DNA of 64,000 nucleotides from Emiliania huxleyi CCMP1516 (Eukaryota), in assembly GCF_000372725.1 (NCBI RefSeq), contig NW_005201298.1:311393-375392 (forward strand), written 5' to 3'. The notes beneath the pieces are model-generated. The model was not told the DNA's origin, searched no databases, and worked only from the letters and a program-made list of their open reading frames with translations. Positions within the stretch are counted from its first letter, which is position 1, and each line of letters opens with the position of its first letter. Of this stretch, positions 11,440-23,014 are shown one piece after another. The position numbers and the translations under genes are program-made.

Positions 11440-11780
11440 CTTTTCCTTGGGCCACCAAGAATTGGCTTGGGCTGCAGAAGCAGCGCATCTCAGTCGTTCT
11501 TTTTGTTGTCATTCTTCACACGGCAATCGCAGAGCAGATTGTGAATGAGCTTGCCTGCGGCGAGGGCGGTCGAGTGCTGAAGGCACACGAGGATTTCGCT
11601 CGCAAGGGTGGTGCGTGATCCCCTGTGGCACCCACGTCCCACGATGTCTCGGCCCACCACCATGCCTACCTAGGAGCCGAACCCAGTCTGTGTGTATATG
11701 CGGCCGTCGCGCGCCGTCTCGCTCCTCCTCCTCTGGGATCGCTGGGTGGGCGGCAAGCCGACCCCCCGCATGCATTAAAC
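11440..11780 (+). mobile_element. Degenerate C-terminus of a restriction-like endonuclease (RLE) non-LTR element
   Basis: WATKNWLGLQKQRISVVL..HTAIAEQIVNEL resembles WSTRSWLSLQAQRMSVALQLAAAEEIATEL of the 17847 copy. Confidence 0.6.
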
Positions 11781-11823
11781 GCAGAAGAATTCTTAAGATA
11801 CAAGCCTCTCTCACAGCACACTG

Positions 11824-12551
11824 CGGAGGCGCCGCCTCCCGTGCCGACGGGCACTTCATCGCGCTTGGCAACACTGAGGAGCACCTCTCCGTCGTCGTTC
11901 TCGGCCACCCCCAACGGGGTGACCCGGACACGGAGGAGCAGTTGGACCGCGTCAGCGGCGACGGATGGGTGGCAGCGAAGGACGGCGATTATGCCGACGC
12001 CCTCGCCAAGGGCCACACGGTCATCCTCCTCGTGACCGAGTCGACCGGAGCATTCTCCGCCGACCTCGATCGCGTCCTCCGCCAGCTTGCGAGGACCGCA
12101 CGCGCCAGTGGGTCCATTGACCACACGCCGTATGGCACCTCTCGCGCGTCCACCCGCTCACACTACACCTTCCACTCCGCCGCCATCTCCGCCGCCATCG
12201 TCACCGCCGACGCCCTCACCATTCAGAACTCGGCCGCCGCCCTCGGCTTCGAGCTCACCCTCGACCCTCGCGATCTCGCCCGGCGCTCGACGTCGGGTCG
12301 GCCGCCATTGCGGTCGGCGCCACCACCTCCTCCCGCCCCCCCCGCAGCCACTGCCGCGCGGCCGCCAATGCGACCGACCCCACCCTCCTTCCCCGACCCC
12401 GCCCTAAACGCCCCCGACAGCGAAGCCCGCGCCGCGCGCGGCACCCCCACCGACTCTACCTCCGACCCCAGGGCCTAGGCGGCCCGCCATGAAATCTAGC
12501 CGTGTGTGCTGGCGTCCGGGTCCCAGCGGGTTTTCACGTAACAAGTACACA
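11824..12551 (+). mobile_element. 5'-truncated RLE-type (CRE-like) non-LTR retrotransposon with 7-bp TSD
   Basis: ORF ALGNTEE..GWVAAKDGDYADAL..LVTESTGAF..AISAAIV is homologous to the 17847 copy; TSD CACACTG at 11817-11823 and 12552-12558. Confidence 0.8.
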
Positions 12552-12628
12552 CACACTGGCACGACAAGGGCGCAGACTGGCGCGGACTGGCACGTACACC
12601 CGCGGCGCGGGCAGCTACCTCGCTCTCC

Positions 12629-13731
12629 ATGACGAACGAGCTCAAGCGCCCCGCCGAGGAGGACGCTCCCGGCGACCCGGAGGCGAAGCGAGCGGCAGCC
12701 GACACGCCCGCTTCGGGATCGTGGGGCTGCGCCGGCGCGAGCTTTGCTTCGCTCTCAGCGACAGCGGCATCTGGAGGTGGTAGCGCTTGCTCGTGGGGAT
12801 CGAGCGGCGGCGGCGGCTTTGCGGATGTCGCGGCGGGCGGCGGCGGCTTTGGCGCCGTCGCGGCGAACGCCGGCGCCGCGGCCGGCTTTGGCTCCAGCAG
12901 CAGCACGCTAAACCCCGACGCCGCCGAGTTCGTGCCGGGCGGGGGCGGCGCGGGCGGCGGGGGCGGCGGGGGCGACGGCGAGGCGGCGCCTGCGGATGCC
13001 GCGGACGAGGAGGGGGCGGCGGCGGAGCCCTCCATCTCCGCTGCGCCCGGCAAGGGCGAGGAGGAGGAGGTTTGCGCACACCGCGTGCGGGCGAAGCTGT
13101 TCCTGCTGTCGGGTCGCGAGGTGCGCCGAGGTGGTGACGGCGCCGAGGCGCCCTCCGCCGAGGGTGCGAAGCCAGCGCCGAACGGCGAGGCGGCGGCACG
13201 CGAGGGCGGCGGTGACGGCGGCGGCGGTGGCAACGGCGTCGGAGGAGGGGAGGACGCGGGCGGCGGTGCGGGCGAGGGCGACGGCGCTGAGCATGGGGCG
13301 GATGGCGCGGGCGAGGGCGGCGCGGGCGAGGGCGGTGGGGGCGAGGGCGGTGGGGGCGAGGGCGGCGCGAAGGCGGCCGCCGGTGCAGACGGGGAGAAGG
13401 AGGGCGGCAAGGAGGGCGGCAAGGAGGGCGGCAAGGAGGTAGAGGCGAGGTGGGCGGAGCGAGGGGTGGGGCAGCTGCGGCTGCTGGTGCCAAAGGACGG
13501 GGCGGGCGTGCCGCGGCTGGTGATGCGAGTGGAGCATGTGCGCCTCCTCCACCCTCCGCCGCCCTCGCCCTCGCCCTCGCCCTCTCCCTCTCCTTCTGCG
13601 TGCAGGCAGGCCGCCGCGTGCCGCGTGCCAACCTAGGCTACCTTAGTCCCAGTGGGGGAGCGAAGCCGATCCCGCCGCTCCGTACGCAATCTCTCGGGTT
13701 CTCGGTTCAAAACGGTCCGGTCAGTGACTGA
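12629..13731 (+). CDS. Ran-binding domain (RanBP1/NUP50-like) protein with PAM2-like motif; C-terminus looks truncated
   Basis: GEEEEVCAHRVRAKLF...WAERGVGQLRLL...RLVMR; STLNPDAAEFVP. Confidence 0.75.
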
Positions 13732-13754
13732 CACGTGACACTGTCACGTGTCAG
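13728..13754. promoter_or_regulatory. 27-bp palindrome containing two CACGTG boxes
   Basis: CTGACACGTGACA-C-TGTCACGTGTCAG; function unknown. Confidence 0.35.
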
Positions 13755-13996
13755 CGTGTCTCTCTAGCGCGCGGAAGCCCGGCGGGTCTCCGCGCAAAGA
13801 GGGCGACTTTTTTGTGCACTGAGATTAACCTTCACCACGTCTCAGCGCGCCCTCTCTTCGTCCGGCCCGCGCGCAACCCTAAGCGTTGGCGCCGGCCGCC
13901 TCTCCGCTCGTCTCCGGCTGAGCAGTTCACAACTCCACTGTCGCCGCACACTCCCACCCTCCACGGCGCTGGCGTGCGCAACCGGCCGTGCCCCGC

Positions 13997-14356
13997 TCAG
14001 CGGAGCGTCTCCTTCTGCATGTGGTTCTGGATCGCACGCTGCTGCGAGACGGCACCAACCACGTGCCGCTGCTCCAAAGGAGCGCCCTCGCCGCCGAGGT
14101 TCTTCAGCATTCCCGAGCGCTCCGCCCTGCGCATCTCTGCCTCTGCGCGCGCCTCCATATTCTTCGGCATACCACCAATGTGCGCCTGACTTTCACGCTC
14201 TTCCTTCAAGGGCTTGCCTCTCCCGGAGAGCTTTGCGAGCGTGCCGCGGCGCACTGCCTCCGCCTCGACGCGGTCAGCAATCGTCATTGGAAGCACGTCG
14301 TCAACGATCCGCGCGGTGGAGGAGAGGAGCCGACGAGCTTGGTGGCGAAGCAGCAT
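13997..14356 (-). CDS. DUF1992/DNAJC28-like small protein with mitochondrial-type presequence
   Basis: MLLRHQARRLLSS; two repeats, G.LAKLSGRGKPL and GMLKNLGGEGAPL. Confidence 0.65.
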   Translation of the reverse strand: MLLRHQARRLLSSTARIVDDVLPMTIADRVEAEAVRRGTLAKLSGRGKPLKEERESQAHIGGMPKNMEARAEAEMRRAERSGMLKNLGGEGAPLEQRHVVGAVSQQRAIQNHMQKETLR

Positions 14357-14422
14357 GTACACACGTGTATGATGGCCAGAGGGGGTCTTCGCGAGAAAAA
14401 AAGAAAAACATGGGATCAGACA

Positions 14423-14508
14423 TTGCGAGAAAAAAGAAAACGGGGAGGCAAAACGTTCTGGCCGCTCCGCCGCCACGCTGTTAACGGCCACACGAGCGCC
14501 ACGCAGTC
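14423..14508 (+). repeat. ~85-bp dispersed repeat, second copy at 18454-18538
   Basis: TTCTGGCCGCTCCGCCGCCACGCTGTTAACGGCCACACGAGCGCCACGCAGTC identical in both. Confidence 0.9.
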
Positions 14509-14561
14509 AAACCCGCAGCACAAGGGAGGGATGGGAGGACGGCACGCCCCCCTGCAAGTCT

Positions 14562-14960
14562 ATAAAATAAATAAAACGGGCACGCCAAACGAGGGGTGGG
14601 AGAAGGACAGGGTCCCCACCTGCACGAGCAGGATCTTGTAAGGACGATCAGGGACACAGGGGAACGGGAGCGGGGAGCGCATCGCGACACGGAGGGGGGC
14701 TGGGCAGGGTTCACCCACACGACAGGGTCCCAGGGATTCCTCTCTCGTATAGGACAGGTTGCACCCGGCGGCACGGGGGCAGGCGCGGGCCTCCTACTGG
14801 TTGCGCTCTCCTAGTTCTCCTGCTCCTGACAAGGGACAGCGACCCAGGCTCGCAGCACGGTGGACTGCTGGACTCCCTATTCCACTGGCGATCTCTCTCG
14901 ACTAGCGACCTTCCTCCGGCTTCTCACCAGCAGCCTCTCACTACCACGGGCACACTACAG
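14562..14960 (-). mobile_element. Retroelement 3' end, family A, (TTTA)n tail
   Basis: Matches 62350-62497 and 2330-2560 in reverse. Confidence 0.75.
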
Positions 14961-15068
14961 AGGCGGCCAAAAGGCTCACGTGGGTGGCAGGGCGGTGATA
15001 GGAGTCTCCCCCTCTGTGGGCTTCGCTAGAGGTGCGGCCCCTGCGCGTGTCCTCGCCCTGAAGGGGCT

Positions 15069-15224
<156 letters not shown>

Positions 15225-15998
15225 CTGCGGGCGCTGTGCGAGCCGCCATGAACGACCACAATGTTGAGCGCGCTCGAGCACCGAAGCACCGCGAGCGCCG
15301 GCGAGCACCACCCCCCCGCGCCTTGGCGTGGGTCGGTAGTACACGATGCGGCGCCCAGCATGCTCTATCATGCGTCGCACCCGCAGTGGCCGACCGCCGC
15401 TCGAACTGGCGCCGAGAGTGGCTCCCAGATCGAGCGCGGCAGGCTCAGTCGCACCGTCGCGGGGGCGAACGCGAACCGAGCCGTCGCCGTTCGCCGCAGC
15501 CGCCAGCCGCCAGCCGTCAGCCGTAGCAAGGCGCCGATCGCCCGCAGGAATTCTTTTTTCACATCACGCGCGAAAGGAAAATTCTTTTTGGGAATGGCGC
15601 GCCCCATGAGCCATGTACAGAGCTGGCCGTGGGCGACCTGGGCACGCTGCGCGCCCTCCTTTCCGGGATCTAAAACGTAAAAGACATGTAAATAAATAAA
15701 TAAAACGGACACCTCTACTAGGAGATGGGTAAAAAGGAACAGGTGTCAGGTCCCCGCCCCCTGCGGAGTGCGGTCTTTGTGCAGGGTTCTTAAAAGACAT
15801 GTGCATGCAGCATGCAAATTGTTTGCAAATTTTCCCTCCGACTCAGGCCTTTTAGTTGCCTGTTGCCACACCTCCACGCCTTGATGCGAGTGGCTGCGAC
15901 CTCGCCGAGCTAATCCAGGTTGAAAGAGATAGGTCGCGGCTCGGTTCTCGCACAGAGAACATGTGCTCCACGGGTGCTCTCGCTAAGAGTGCTGCCTC

Positions 15999-16876
15999 TC
16001 ACGCCGCGCCGGGCAGCGGGGAGGGGAGGGGGAGCCTGAGCCGCTCGGCGGTCTGCCGCGCCTCCTCCAGCGAGATCATCTCCACCGGATTATGCGCGCC
16101 GCAGCGCGTGGCACGCAGCCGCCACGCCCGCCGCCCGTCCGCCTTCCACATGACAGCCTCGCCGACGGGTGCATTCTGCTTGTAGAAGACCGACACCACT
16201 TCGCCGTTGGCGTACCGGAAGACGCCGGGCCCCTCCTTCTCATCCGCCTTCCACTCGCCCTCGTAGACGGTGCCGTTGGCGTACCGGTAGACGCCGTGCC
16301 CCTCCCTCTCACCCGCCTTGTACTCGCCCTCGTAGACGTCGCCGTCGGCGAATCGCATGACGCCGCGCCCCTCCTTCTCGCCCGCCTCCCACTCGCCCGC
16401 CTTCCACCAACGCGGGGTCAGGAAGGTGAGAGAGGGCGGCCGTGTAGCGGGAGCGCACCTCCTCGAAGATCGTCTCGCCGAACTTGGAGTCCTTGAGCTT
16501 CTTGGACGCCTTGCCCGGCGTCTGGTTGCCGCCCGGCGTCTCCGCCATTTCGCCCTGTGTGGACAGAGGTGCGTGGGGCGATTCAGGAGTGCCTGGGACG
16601 GCGGTGCAGTATGGGGGCCTCCACCAGATCGAGACCGACGTCCGCTGCCTCCACCGGCGCGGCAGCCTCTGGCGGTGCTGGTGCCGGGTCGGGCTCCGGC
16701 GCGGCTCTGTCGGCGTGACGGAGCGACTCCAGCGCCGAGATGATCTCGCTCGACTTTGCGTTTGCCCGCACGCCCCTCCGCTTGGCGACCTCCTGCAGCT
16801 CTCTCCGCGAGAGCAAGCGCAGGTCTGCAGGGCTGCTCACGAAGTACGCGCGTCCCTTCTGCGGGGTGCTTGCCAT
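15999..16876 (-). CDS. MORN-repeat protein with SAP/HeH-like N-terminus, possibly chimeric or a pseudogene
   Basis: YEGEYKAGEREGHGVYRYANG repeats; LSRRELQEVAKRRGVRANAKSSEII; frames join only via assumed introns. Confidence 0.65.
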
Positions 16877-16980
16877 GGTGCTGCGGTGCCGAGCGGGGAG
16901 AGCGGAGGGTCCGCGCTAGATGAATCGAGTTGAGACCGGCGGGCGGGGACACGAATGGGAGAGCTGAACGTTTCCCGCAG

Positions 16981-17709
16981 GATTCGGTACTTCAGCTTGG
17001 TATAGTATCATCGAATTGTTCTCGAGGGGGTATCAAGGTATGCTCTAGGCCTCTGTGGGGACTTATCTCGGCTGGGTATCAAGGTATCATCGGCAGCCGC
17101 GCAGCGAAGCGACAATTCACACCTCGCGCGGCTGCAGCCGCACCGGCTGCGGCCGCGGGCCCGTCAAACGCGACGACGGCCGCCATTAGCGCCCTCCTCA
17201 CCCAGCGCATTGCTTAGTGGTGCGCTCGCCTCCCTCCTGCGCGACGCTCACTCGAGCGCGTTTGTCTGTCTTGGCGCGCGCGCAGCGCGCGAAGAGGTGT
17301 GAAGAGGGGGGTCGTGTCCGGTGTGAAGGGTAACCCACCGTTGTGCCCTTGTTTGTTTCTCTTGGCACCTGGGAGTGCTGGGGGGGGCGATAGGGAGAAT
17401 GTGGCCCTGAGTTATGTGTACGCCAACTCAGGGTGTGTGGCAGCCAGCTGGTTGTGTGTCTTGTGAGCCTGTTTGTGTCTTTGTGTCGCTCGTGCGTGTC
17501 ATCATCATCTGTCTCGCGTCCACCCATACCGCGTTGGTGTCCAGTCCGAGCCTGACTGTTGTTCATCTTTCTACATACATACATACCCACCAGGGTATCA
17601 GCCTATCCTCTAGGGGCCCAATGCGGGTCCTCTCAAGAGGGTATCAGGGTATAGCCCTGGGGTATGATCTGCAATACGATGATACTATACCAAGCTGAAG
17701 TACCGAATC
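16981..17709. mobile_element. Non-autonomous TIR element with 3-bp TSD (PIF/Harbinger-like)
   Basis: 33-bp perfect TIR GATTCGGTACTTCAGCTTGGTATAGTATCATCG; TSD CAG at 16978-16980 and 17710-17712; subterminal GGTATCA repeats. Confidence 0.85.
17340..17584 (+). mobile_element. Family B retroelement 3' end nested in the TIR element
   Basis: (TACA)n tail; candidate TSD ACCCACC at 17333-17339 and 17585-17591. Confidence 0.75.
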
Positions 17710-17739
17710 CAGGGGCGAAAGGACGGACAGGACGGACAA

Positions 17740-18440
17740 TTTATGAAATGAACTCGGCGGCACGGGACGCGGCACAAACGGGGCACAAACGCCAGGCTAC
17801 AAAGACGGGGAGGCACGTAGTGCAGACGTAGTGACGCAAGGGGAGTCTAGGCGACGGCGGCGTCCTCCGACGCCGCGGCGAGCCTGAGCTCGGTCGCAAT
17901 CTCTTCCGCCGCCGCGAGCTGCAGCGCGACTGACATGCGCTGGGCCTGCAGCGACAGCCACGACCGCGTCGACCAGCTCGCCTCGTCCTCGTGCTGCCGC
18001 TTCGAGAGCTTGTTGCGCACCTTGTCCTTCATCTGGTAGAACAGCCGCTTGACCGCGTTGCACCACCCGCCGAAGGTTTCGAACAGGTACATCTGCACGT
18101 CGGTGTCCGAGCGCGAGAGGGCGTGCGCGTAGTCCGCCTTCTTGTACGCCACATAGCCGCCGCCGTCGCTCGGCCTGAAGTCGCCGTCCCCGACAGCGCC
18201 GCGCTGCTCGAGGCCGAAGACGTCCGCGCTCGTGCCGGGCTCGGTGTTGCCGAGGCCGACGAAAGCGCCTCGCTGGCCGACGTCCTCCGGGCTGGAGGAG
18301 AGCGTGTCCTTGAACTTGACGTCGCCGACGAGGCGTGAGCACGAGCGGCCGGCGCCCGCCACCGAGACGTTAGAGTAGCCGAGGTGGTCCCGCGGCTCCA
18401 CCTCGACGAGCATGCCCCACACGCTCCGCATGACCTTGAG
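17740..18440 (-). mobile_element. 5'-truncated RLE-type (CRE-like) non-LTR retrotransposon
   Basis: ORF with GDVK..KADY..LFETFGGW..QRMSVALQ, typical of an RLE C-terminus; stop at 17847. Confidence 0.8.
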
Positions 18441-18543
18441 AAAAACGTTGCGCTTGCGAGAAAAAAGAAAATGCGCGCGCAAACATTCTGGCCGCTCCGC
18501 CGCCACGCTGTTAACGGCCACACGAGCGCCACGCAGTCTATCG

Positions 18544-20438
<1,895 letters not shown>

Positions 20439-20671
20439 ACGTGCTCTCGCGGAGCGCCGTGAAGCGTGAATTTTCATGTGTGTGTTTGTGTCACAGTGTA
20501 TCTCCGGGTTTTGTTTTGGGTGTAAGGTAAGGTACACACACACATATGCATAAAGGTTTTTTAAAGCCGTGTAGACGTGACGGCTCGTCGATTTTCCTCT
20601 CACTCTGACACACACGACACACGCGCGAATCACAATCAGGCCCAACGTCACGTCTATCCACGCAAAAAATA

Positions 20672-21665
20672 TCAAGAACACAGGCCCAGCTCCGCCAGAC
20701 GCGCCTCCACCCGGTTCACCAGCGGCAGCAGCGCCCCGCCCGCGTCCAATCCGAGCGTGGTTGCCGCCTCTCGGCTCGTCGCGACCAAGTTCTGGCCCGG
20801 CGCTAGGGCGAGCGCCTCGCGAATGCGCGCGACTCGGACGGGCAGAATGGGCTTGCCCGGCGCGGGCGCGGGCGCGGGCGCGGCGCACCTCGCAGCCACC
20901 GGCGGCGGCGGCGGCGGCGGCGGTAGCGGCGGCGGCGGCGGCGGGGCCTGCGTGACCTGCGCGGCCGGCTCAGGGACCGGCGGTTGCTGCTCTCCTCCTG
21001 ACGCGAACTGCGGCACAACTCGTCGCTGCGCGCCCCTACAGACACGCCGGACACGCCTCGCCCGACTCTCGCGCCTCGAGCAGCGCCGCCGCCCGCGCTT
21101 TCGCCTCGTCGCCGGCGCGGCCCTGCTCCTCGTCGCCGCCGCGAGCTCTCCTTCCCGCCTCAACCGCCGCCTCGCCGCCTCGACCGCCCTCGCTGGCCGA
21201 GCGGCAGCCTCCCTCGCCCTGTCCGCCGCCGCTGCAGCGGCCGCCGCCCGCGCCTCCCGCTCGAGCGCCTCCGCCACCTGCGAGAAGGCTCGCAGAGAGA
21301 TCTCCGAGATCGTTGCGTGACGAGGCCTCCCGCTCTAGCCGCAGCCTCCACCTCGGCCCTCTCTCGCTCCGCCTCTCGCGCCCTCGCCGCCTCCGAGGCA
21401 GCCCGCCGACGCGCCGCCTCCCGCGCCTCGGCCTCCTCCTNNNNNNNNNNNNNNNNNNNNNNNNNNNNNNNNNNNNNNNNNNNNNNNNNNNNNNNNNNNN
21501 NNNNNNNNNNNNNNNNNNNNNNNNNNNNNNNNNNNNNNNNCCTCGGTGTCCAAGCCCGCAGCCGGCAAGCTGGCCCCCGCTGAGAGCTCCGCTGCCGAAG
21601 CCCCCGCTGCCGAGGCCCCCGCTGCCGAGGCCGTCGCGGCCGAGGCCCCCGCGGCAGCAGCCGCG

Positions 21666-21700
<35 letters not shown>

Positions 21701-22689
21701 GCTACTGCCTCCCGCCGGCTGCTTGCCTCTCTTGTTGCGGCCTTTGGCCGGTCGTGGCGGAGGCACGGCTCGCCCCTCCTCCTAACTTATTACGTAATCA
21801 ATTAGTTAATTAGTTAATTAAGGCGGAGGCACGGCTCGCCCCTCCTCCTCGGCGATCAGCTCCTCGGCCAGCTGCTGCCGCCTCGCCTCCGCCTCGCGCC
21901 TTTTCGCCTGTGCCTAAGCGAGCGAAAACAAAAGCCGAAGCTGTGGGCACGCATCTTTCCTGGCCCCCGAGGCCGGCCGGCTGGTGCACAGGGGCGCTAA
22001 GGCTGGGCAAGGGGCGCAGTGCGCACCTCTTTGTCTAAGTTGTCCAGCATCGGACGTATGCCCTCAACCATGGACTGAACTCGCTCGTTGGCGATGCGCC
22101 CATCGGGTCCGATCAGCATGGAGAAGGCGGCAGCGAGCGGGGCTAACACCTCCGCCTCCTTTTCCCGGCGCGCCCGAATCTTGTCGCGCGCTCGCCTCAG
22201 CGCAGTGCCGGCGAGAGGGTCGTCGTGGCTGAGTTCCTCGGGAGGGACATGCAACGAGTTGCTGCAGCCTTCGAAGCCCATTCGAATGCAATAGCCCTCA
22301 TCGTCGCCCTTGAAGTCCGCGAGGACGTAATCATTATCGGGTCCGAGCACTCTTCCTCTGCAACCGTGCTGCAACTCGTCGCCACATGGAAAAACCTCGG
22401 TGTCGCCGGTGTAGTAGAGTGTCTCTCCCACTGTGAAGCGCCCGGCCAGTAAGACCGGAGGAGGCGCGCGGCACAGCTCGGACAAGGGCCAATCGTCATC
22501 ATGGCCAAAGCGCACGATCCTTGAGTGACCATCGAAGAGCACGTCGTAACATTCGCCCTCGGGGTCGCAGTGCACAACGCCTCGCTGGCCGTACTCGAGC
22601 ATCATCGTACTCGAGCGGAGTCCGACGTAGTACACGGTCTCGCCGCGACGAAAGCGCGCCACCGCCTGCGACACCTGCGAAAGCGGCAT
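20672..22689 (-). CDS. Hypothetical multi-exon protein with a duplicated F..GET.YY.G domain and coiled coil; spans the 100-N gap
   Basis: RFRRGETVYYVG and RFTVGETLYYTG; exons join in frame across introns near 21915-22020, 21782-21847 and 21278-21352. Confidence 0.55.
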
Positions 22690-23014
22690 ATCTAGCTGTG
22701 GAAGCCGGGTTTTTTCTTCTTCGCTCGTTCTATTCGTTGAAACTTCTTTCTCCCCGCTACCCGTGCACATCACCTTTTATTGTAGGTATGTTGTTGGCAA
22801 CTCAGGATACACACAGAGCTCAGAAAAAATTAAAGGCGTGCGCCGTGCGGCAAGATTCGAGTCGCCGCCGGCCGTTGGGCGCATTCCCGTCACCCTGAGA
22901 AAAAAAAATGCGCGCAAAGTAGATGCAAAACGCGGCGCACCCTGGACGAGGGCTGACTAAGGCGGAGCCGCGCTCTCTCGCACCTCCTCTCCGCGTCCTC
23001 TCGCACCGCCCGCC

